The translations under genes and the position numbers were made by a program. Shown one piece after another: positions 47,901 to 56,900 of a stretch of DNA of 64,000 nt. Below the pieces are notes generated by a model, which saw only the letters and a program-made list of their open reading frames with translations, had not been told where the DNA came from and did no database searches. Every line of letters starts with the position of its first letter. The stretch's first letter is position 1. Origin of the DNA: a virus; IMG/VR virus record IMGVR_UViG_3300032285_001268, positions 96,001 to 160,000 of that record; one strand, given 5' to 3'.

Positions 47901-50900
47901 CACTGGTAAATCCGGTTGAAGTGATACAGGGACACGACGGTAGTATTATCAAAGCCTATGGCGACTACAGAGATGCAGTATTATTAGAATTAGAAAAGCG
48001 AATTTTTAATAATATTAAAATAAAATATGATACTTCAATTTGGGATATTGCAGATGTAATTCCTACATTCAAGCGACAGCTACCATATTCACTAGAAAAT
48101 TTTAATCAAGCACTAGCTCCTAGTTTTTATTCTTGGGCTTCACAATCGGGATTCGATATCGGCCGTCCAGTTAGTTTTGATAATAATAATAGTTTTACCT
48201 ACAACTATCGAGGTTACTCTTCTTTAACAGACGGAAATGTTCCGGGATATTGGAGAGGAGTATATCGATGGATGTACGATACTGACAGACCAAATATTTG
48301 TCCTTGGGAGATGCTAGGATTCTCAATAGAGCCATCTTGGTGGCAAAGCCTGTATGGTCCGGCACCATATACTAGTGACAATATAGTCATGTGGACTGAT
48401 ATCTCAACTGGCACGGTTCGCACCCCAGGAAGTACTCCTACAGTTAATAGCAAATATATAAAACCGTTTTTATTAAATCATCTACCTGTTGACGAATCAG
48501 GAAATTTAGTAAGTCCAATATTTTCCGGCGTAGTCCGTGGTCTTATTTCTCAAAAGGTAGCTACAAATTTTGTATTCGGCGATGTCGGTCCAGTCGAATC
48601 AACATGGAGAAGAAGTAGTCATTATCCGTTTAGTGTATTGTTAGCATCTATACTACTAACTCCGGCAAAAACATTTGGTTTATTATTTGATAGATCAAGA
48701 ATCGCCCGAGACATGTCGGGACAACTTGTTTATACTGATACTGGCTTGAGAATATCTCCTGACTCATTGTCTTTACCAAGTGTCATTACCAGCGACACAC
48801 GAGTGTCAACCGCTGGAATTGTCAATTACCTAGTTAACTATATTTCCGGAACTACCTCGGAATTTTATAACGAGTACAAATATAATTTACAGCATTTGTC
48901 AGCGCAGTTATCATACAGAGTCGGCGCATTTACTGGAAAAGAAAAATTTAATTTACTTTTAAATTCTAAGAGTCCATCTAACACCGGAAACATTTTTATA
49001 CCCCAAGAAGATTATGATATAATATTAAATTCTTCTAGTCCAATTCAGAAATTAACTTATAGCGGCATCGTTATCAGTAAGTTGACAGACGGATTTGAGG
49101 TCAAGGGATATAGTCAAACAAAACCTTATTTTATATCTTATCCTTGGTCAGTATCTGGAAATTTAGTTAATGTCGGCGGTATATCTGAAAGTTTTCAAAC
49201 ATGGAATACAAATAGTCAATATCAAAAGGGTGATGTTGTTCTATATGGAAATTCATATTATAGAGTGCTACAAACAATTAGTAGCGGCCTAGTATTTGAA
49301 TCACAGAACTATAGTAAGATGGCTTCACTGCCAATCATAGGTGGTGCAAATGCCTATTTCAGAAAAATGTTCAACAAGAATGTACAAACAACAGTACCTT
49401 ATGGGACAAAATTTACAACAATACAAGATGTTGTTGATTTTATCTTAGGCTACGGAGAATATCTAAAAGATCAAGGATTTATTTTCGACGACTTTAATTC
49501 TGGACTTAGTGCAGTAGCCAACTGGGAAACATCAGCTAGAGAGTTTATGTTCTGGTCAATCCAGAATTGGTCTACCGGACAAGACAAGTGGGCCGATTGG
49601 CAACCAAATACATCTTATCCGTTCGGATCGATTTTGAGAATCAATGGAGAGTATTACAAGGCTATCAGAACTGTTCCTGCTGTAGCATCATTTCCATATG
49701 ATGATTTTGTTCATTTAGATGGTCTTAGCACAATTGGTAGCTCTGCTATAAGCCTAAGTCCTAGCGCAAATAAAATATCATTCACTACAAAAAATGCTGT
49801 AGTTGATAGTATCACAAACGGATTTAATCAATACGAAATTTATAAAGTCGATGCAACTGCATTATCACCTAACTTCATAAATTTCTATAGACAAGACAAT
49901 TCTGTTAGTTATGGTTCTCGAACATCTGACGGAATTTATGGCGCAAGTTTTTACCTAGTACAAAAAGAACATGTAGTTATTCTTAATAATACTACTCGAT
50001 TTAATGATATCATATACTCTCCAGAGACTGGGTATAAACAAGATAAAATTAAAGTGTCTTCGTATGTTAGTAGCGATTGGACTGGTGGTTTAAATATTCC
50101 TGGTTTTATATTTGACGAAGCCGCTGTAGAAAATTGGTTGCCTTACAAAATTTACTATCCTGGCGATTTAGTTAAACAAGGGCAATATTACTTTCAAGCT
50201 AATCCTATGGGATCGTTTGTGCCAGCATCTGCTACATTAGATACAAAGCAATGGCAGCAATTAAAGACAAAACCGTCTTCTAAACTAATACCAAACTGGA
50301 CATATAAGGCAGGACAGTTTACAGATTTTTATAATTTAAATAGCGATAATTTCGATGTTGCACAACAGCGAGTTGCACAGCATCTCATCGGTTATCAAAA
50401 GCGACAATATCTTGAAAACATCATACAAAATGATGTAAGCGAGTTTAAGTTTTATCAAGGTATGATACGTGAAAAGGGAACACAAAATGTTCTTAATAAA
50501 TTATTTGATGTATTAAGCTCTGAAAATAAAGAAAGTCTAAAATTTTATGAAGAATGGGCCTTGCGTGTTGGACAATACGGAGCCAGCGGCTCTTTTGAAA
50601 ACATTGAATTTGTTTTAGACGAGGCTTTATTTAAAAACAATCCTCAAGGCTTTGAATTAGTTAACAGTGTTGATTCGACCAAGTACGATTTTATTATAAG
50701 GCAAACTCCGAACGACGTATACGTTAAGCCATTGGGATATACTTCAAAACCTTTCCCTATAGCAACAAACTATACTCCAATTTTGAGATCTGCAGGATAT
50801 GTAAGGTCTTCAGACGTGTTTAAAACATTGACCACTATCGATGATATTGTCTATGAAGATATTACACAGTATACTAATGGAAGTTATGTATGGTGTACAT

Positions 50901-53900
50901 TTGAAAAATCAGAATGGAATATCTATCGATTTACAGATGTAAATTTAATAGTAACAGATGTTACATATGATGATACTATTAAAACATTAACCATTGTTAC
51001 ACGAGATCTTGTTACACTAACAGCCGGAACATATATTGGTATATCTCAAGTTACAGGATTTCCTGGATTTTATAAAATAACAAGTGTTAGCCTAAACAAT
51101 ATTATAATCAAAACAGAAGTTCCTGGATTTTTATCTCCGTTTTTACAGCAAGATACTATAACAATCTATGCACTACTGACTCAACGTGCATCGTCTGTTG
51201 ATAACATTGACAGCATTGTTCCTAGAAAATTAAAAGAAAACGAATTGCTGTGGACAGATGACGACGGTAGTGGTAAATGGGCGGTATGGAAATATAATTC
51301 AGTTTTTGCTAAAAAAGAAATTCCAAATACATCTCCAGCATATTTGTTAAGTTATGGTCGCTCTATAGCTATTCGCAAGGATGGGTATACTGTTGCAACA
51401 TCAACAAACGACGGAATAGTAATTACCTACGACAAGTCTAGCGTAGCACAACCTTGGATACAACGTCAAACAATTCAGAAACCCTACGTCGAACCTTATA
51501 ATTTCAATTATACCAAAGATTTTGCCACAGTGATTGCCTTTAGTACAGACGGCAGTTGGTTAGCGACAGGCTCTCCAAATGTTGGACAAGTATATACAAG
51601 ATTATCAACACACAATGCCGGGCTATGGGATTCTGCCTACGATGCCTATACAACCGGTACGATTGTTTACGTATTAGATTCTTCTCACAACCGTGTGTAT
51701 TATGAAGCAATTTCAACTCTAGCAGTTCCAGTAAGCACCCCAGTTAACAATATTTTATACTGGAGAGAAAAATCATATGTGGCTATTGATTATCAAGGAC
51801 ATACATCTGGGATAACACTTCAAGGGGTGGTATCTTTATATCAGCGAGATGCAAATAACAACTACATTTTAGTAGATACGATAGTCAGTCCTTACCCAGC
51901 CCAAGGAGAATTGTTTGGTTCTTCTTTAGTGTTTGGACAATCTACATTGTTCATCGGAGCTCCGGGTTATAATGGCGGTGTTGGTAGAGTGTATGAAATT
52001 TCTTATCTAACTAAATTACGAGCCACTTCATCTTATAACCCTGTTGGTAGTTCTGGTACAACTATAGTGCTGACGTCAACAGCCGGAATTTCTTCAGGCA
52101 TGATTGCACAAGGCACTGGTCTGACTGATAATCAAACAGTTATTGAAGTACTAGCCGATGGAAAAACTTTAAAGTTAAGTGGAATACCTAACGCAACTCC
52201 TTCGGGGAACATAAATTTTGTCACAGTTGGATGGAGTTATGTTTTATCTAATACTAAAACTGGTAGAATTTCTTCAAGAAACTTTGGTACTAATGTCTCA
52301 CTGAGTACAGATGAATCAAAACTAGCTATTTCAAGTACTACATTAACTGTTGATAATTTAAGTTTAGGAACAGTTGACATTTATAGCGGGTCAATTAATC
52401 AGGTCATAACAGGCAACGATAGTTCATTTGGTCAAAGCATATCATTATCATCTGATGGTGCTTATCTAATAATAACAGATAGCCGTGCAACAGAAACAAA
52501 GACTAATCAAGGCGCAGTATACATTTATCGTTATGATCCGACAACTTCAAACTATGGAAGCTATGTTGGAACATTATTTGTTGCCGGAACACCTTCGCAG
52601 GAATTAATTAACCATCAACCTGAAGTTTCAGGTTACTTTGGAAATACTGTGTCGTTTATGGATGACGACAATATTGCAGTGTTTAGTCTAAATGAATCAA
52701 CAGTTTTACCGATGACATTTGATTCAAAGGCTACAACATTTGATAAAGATTCAACAGCATTTGTAACAATACATTCCGGTAGCGGTCGCATTGACATTTA
52801 TACTCGATATGTATCTAACTGGGTATATAGCGAAACTTTAGATTCAGATAATGTTGCAGGAGATGGATACGGAACAGGAATTGCAGTTTCTGGAAATCAT
52901 GTGTTTGTTGGAGCGCCATCGGCTTACGATGTATTAAGTCGAGTTTCACCACAGGCTATTCAAGTTGGAAATCGATATCAAATTGTATCTCTTGGAACTA
53001 CTGATTGGAATACAGTTGCAGGTACTACTAGAGTTAGACAAACATATTCAGTAGGAGATACATTTATTGCAGTTGCTACTGGAAGCGGAAACGGCATCGT
53101 ATCTCTTTTAACTAGATCCGGTAAAATTTATAGCTACGATAAAAAACCAAATAGTCAAAGTTGGAATATAATTCATAGACAAATTGATGTTCCTGACGTT
53201 ACTAAAATTAAAAAAGCGTTCTTGTATAATAGAAATACAAATCAACTAGTAACATACATCGACGTTGTTGATCCGTTACAAGGAAAAATTCCTGGAATAG
53301 CCGAAGAAGAAATCAAGTATAAAGCGTTCTATGATCCAGCAATTTATTCTCAAGGTGATTCGTTAGTTGTTACGGTAGACAGCACAATATCGTGGGGCTC
53401 TGAACATGTTGGTCAACTATGGTGGGATTTAAGGACTGCTAAATTTATTAATATTTTTGAAGATGATGTTGTTTATCGAAACAGCAATTATAGCACTTTA
53501 GCGCATGGTGCAAGCATTGATATCTATGAGTGGGTATCGTCGTCATTGCTACCCGAAGCCTGGGACGCCCTAGCCGATACTACCCCAGGACTAGCACAGG
53601 GCATTAGCGGACAATCGTTGTATGGTAATAGTTCATATTCTATTAGTCAACGATATGATACCATAAGTCAGTCATTTAAAAATACATATTATTTCTGGGT
53701 TAAGAACAAAACAATAGTACCAAATATCTCTGGAAGAAATATATCTGCTGGAGAAGTATCTTCAGTGATTGCCAATCCTCGAGGCCAAGGATATAAATTT
53801 GTCGGACTAACCAGTAGCAATTCCTTTAGTATTGTAAATGCTAAAAATCTATTAGCGGGAACTGATATTGTACTGTCGTTAGAATATTGGTTGACTGAAA

Positions 53901-56900
53901 AAACAAATCAAAATGTCCATAGCGAATGGAAGATTATTAGCGAAGATCCAACTACAGAATTACCTATTGCTATTGAACAAAAATGGTTTGATAGCCTGTG
54001 CGGAAAAGATACAAACGGAAGACAAGTTCCCGATGTATCTCTACCAGTTAAACTACGCTATGGCATTGAGAATCGTCCAAGACAGGGAATGTTTGTTAAT
54101 AGATTCGAAGCATTAAAGCAAGTAATCGAACAGGCTAACTTGTTGTTGATTAACCGTCAAATAGTTAACAGTAGAGACATTACAGATTTAGAATCGTTTG
54201 ACCCTATTCCATCGACAGTAACAGGATCCTACGATCTGACTAAAGATACCGATGCTGAATTAATATTTGCCAATACTGGAGCATTTAAACGTCCGTCACT
54301 ATCGCCTCAAATAGTAAACGGAAGAATAGTTGGAGTTACAATAAATCAAGGCGGTCAGGGATATCTAGTTGCACCATTCATTGAATTTATTGGAACGGGT
54401 GAGGGTGCGTCTGCTAGAGCTACCCTTAGTTCAACTGGTAAGATTATCGGAGTTACTATCTTATCTCAAGGTATTGGATACACCGACTCGACAACGTGTT
54501 CGATTCGAGACTATTCTGTTTTAGTACTTTCTGATTCACAGGCCGACGGCAGCTGGAGTATATATTCATACGATCCGGACTACGATGTTTGGTCAAGAAC
54601 TAAATCTAAAACGTATGATGTGACCAAGTATTGGTCAAAGGTAGATTGGTTTGATACCGGTTATAATCAGTTTATTGCGCCGGACTATTTAATTAACACA
54701 TTTGCAGAACTTAACAGCATCGATCCATCGATCGGTCAATTGGTCAAAGTTAAGTATGCCGGAAACGGATGGGAAGTACTATACCGATATGCAATAGTTG
54801 ATTCAAACGACTGGACAACAAATTATCAAGTCGTTGCACAAGAAAATGGAACGATACAATTTAATTCTTCTTTGTATAATTTTTCTAACACAGGAATCGG
54901 TTATGATGCCAGCACATACGACGGAGTAACTTTCGATACTGTTGCAAGTTTAGAATTAAGAATTATTTTAACAGCGTTTAGAAATAAGATTTTTATAGGA
55001 GAATTAAAATCATCGTATTTAAATCTATTCTTTACTTCCATTCGATATGTTTTATCTGAGCAAAATTATGTTGATTGGATTTTTAAATCTAGCTTTGTTA
55101 AAGCACAACACAATGTTGGGCAATTAAATCAGCCTGTAAATTATCTTCCAGATAATCTGAGTAATTTCCAAGACTATGTGAATGAGGTAAAACCATACAG
55201 GACTGTTGTGCGAGAATATGTAAGTTCTTATGATGCTGTAGATAATACACAAACAGCAATTAGTGATTTTGATTTACCGCCAGCATACGAACAAGGATCT
55301 AATCGCTCAGTGTTGCCGTATATTGTCAACGATGCTATCGTTGCTGATGATACAAACATTAACGTTGTACCTTGGAAAAATTGGTTAGATAATATCGGAT
55401 TCGAAGTATTAGAGTTACAACTAGTGTCAGGCGGTAGCGGATATATCACACAGCCGGCAGTTAAAATTATTAGTTCTAGCGGTACTGGAGCATCCGGAAT
55501 AGCATTTGTTACCAACGGATCTGTTAGTCGAGTTATACTACTTACTTCAGGTAGTGGGTACCTAAGTGCGCCAACTGTTATCATCGATGGCGGCCTACAA
55601 GACGGCGGCACTCCGGCGAGAGCGGTGGCATATATCGGAAATGCAGTTGTGCGAACAAACTTAATTAATATTAAATTTGATCGTCTAAACTATTCTTATA
55701 CCGTGGCTGATTTAGCAAAAACAGAAACATTAGCAGGCGACGGTGTCCATGTACAATTTAATTTAATCTGGGCTCCAGATGTTCGTGTTGGCAACACAAC
55801 GGTTACTATTAATGATGTTATAATTCTTCGTGATTTTTATAAATTATCGTTTAAGAAATCAACAGCGAAAGGATATACCACATACAGCGGTTTATTAACC
55901 TTTAATCTTCCTTCAGGATTACCGCCAGCTAAAGGTGATAAAATTGTTATCACGTATCTAAAAGACTGGAATATGCTGTCGGCTGCTGACAGAATACAGT
56001 TTTACTACAATCCAGAAGTTGGAGATATTGGTAAAGATATTAAACAACTGATGACAGGCATCGACTACGGTGGCGTCAACGTTAACTCATTCAATTTTGA
56101 TGTTAGCTCTGGTTGGGGAACACTTCCTTACTACTCTGATAAGTGGGATACGTTCAGCGGCCAGTTTAACGATTACGTTATAACTGTACCGGCCAACACA
56201 CATACTTTTAATTTACAGTATGCTCCGCCAGCTGGAACATTGTTAAATGTTTACTATACTGCCGCCATAGTTGATACTCACAATTCAGACGGTTCTCAAA
56301 CAGTATTTACTTACAGTTTTAGTAAAGTATATTCGGACGTAACACCTACAATCACAGTTGCTATTTCACATACAACAGCTACTCCAACAACAACCACTAA
56401 CCATAGCGGTCAATATTATTTAAAATTAACATCTGTATCGGGGATAAAAGTTGGAGACGTTGTTACATCTGTATCTAGTTATACAGATGCATTTGCATAT
56501 AATGTTAAGGTAAAAGAAATTAATGTATCGACTAATATAGTATTATTAGATCAAATTTTATATCTAACTATACCAGTTAGCACAGCAATAACATTTACTA
56601 GGACCTTGGCAATACCTACCGATGCGTATGTCTACGGTGACGGTAAATTCTCATTAACTGAACCAGCTCCGGCAGGATCTGTTATTACAATTATTGGCCG
56701 TTCTGGCACAATTCGTTTAGACGATCCGGATTATGGAACACAGGGACAAGTAAACCAAGATGCTATTTTTAATACACCAGTAGCAGACGGTACTTCTGCA
56801 GTATTTGTTATTCCTCCTGATTTTACTGTTAATGATGGAGATACGTTTACTTGGAGAAGTTCAACTAGTGACGGATCATTAACACCACAAAGTTCTGATT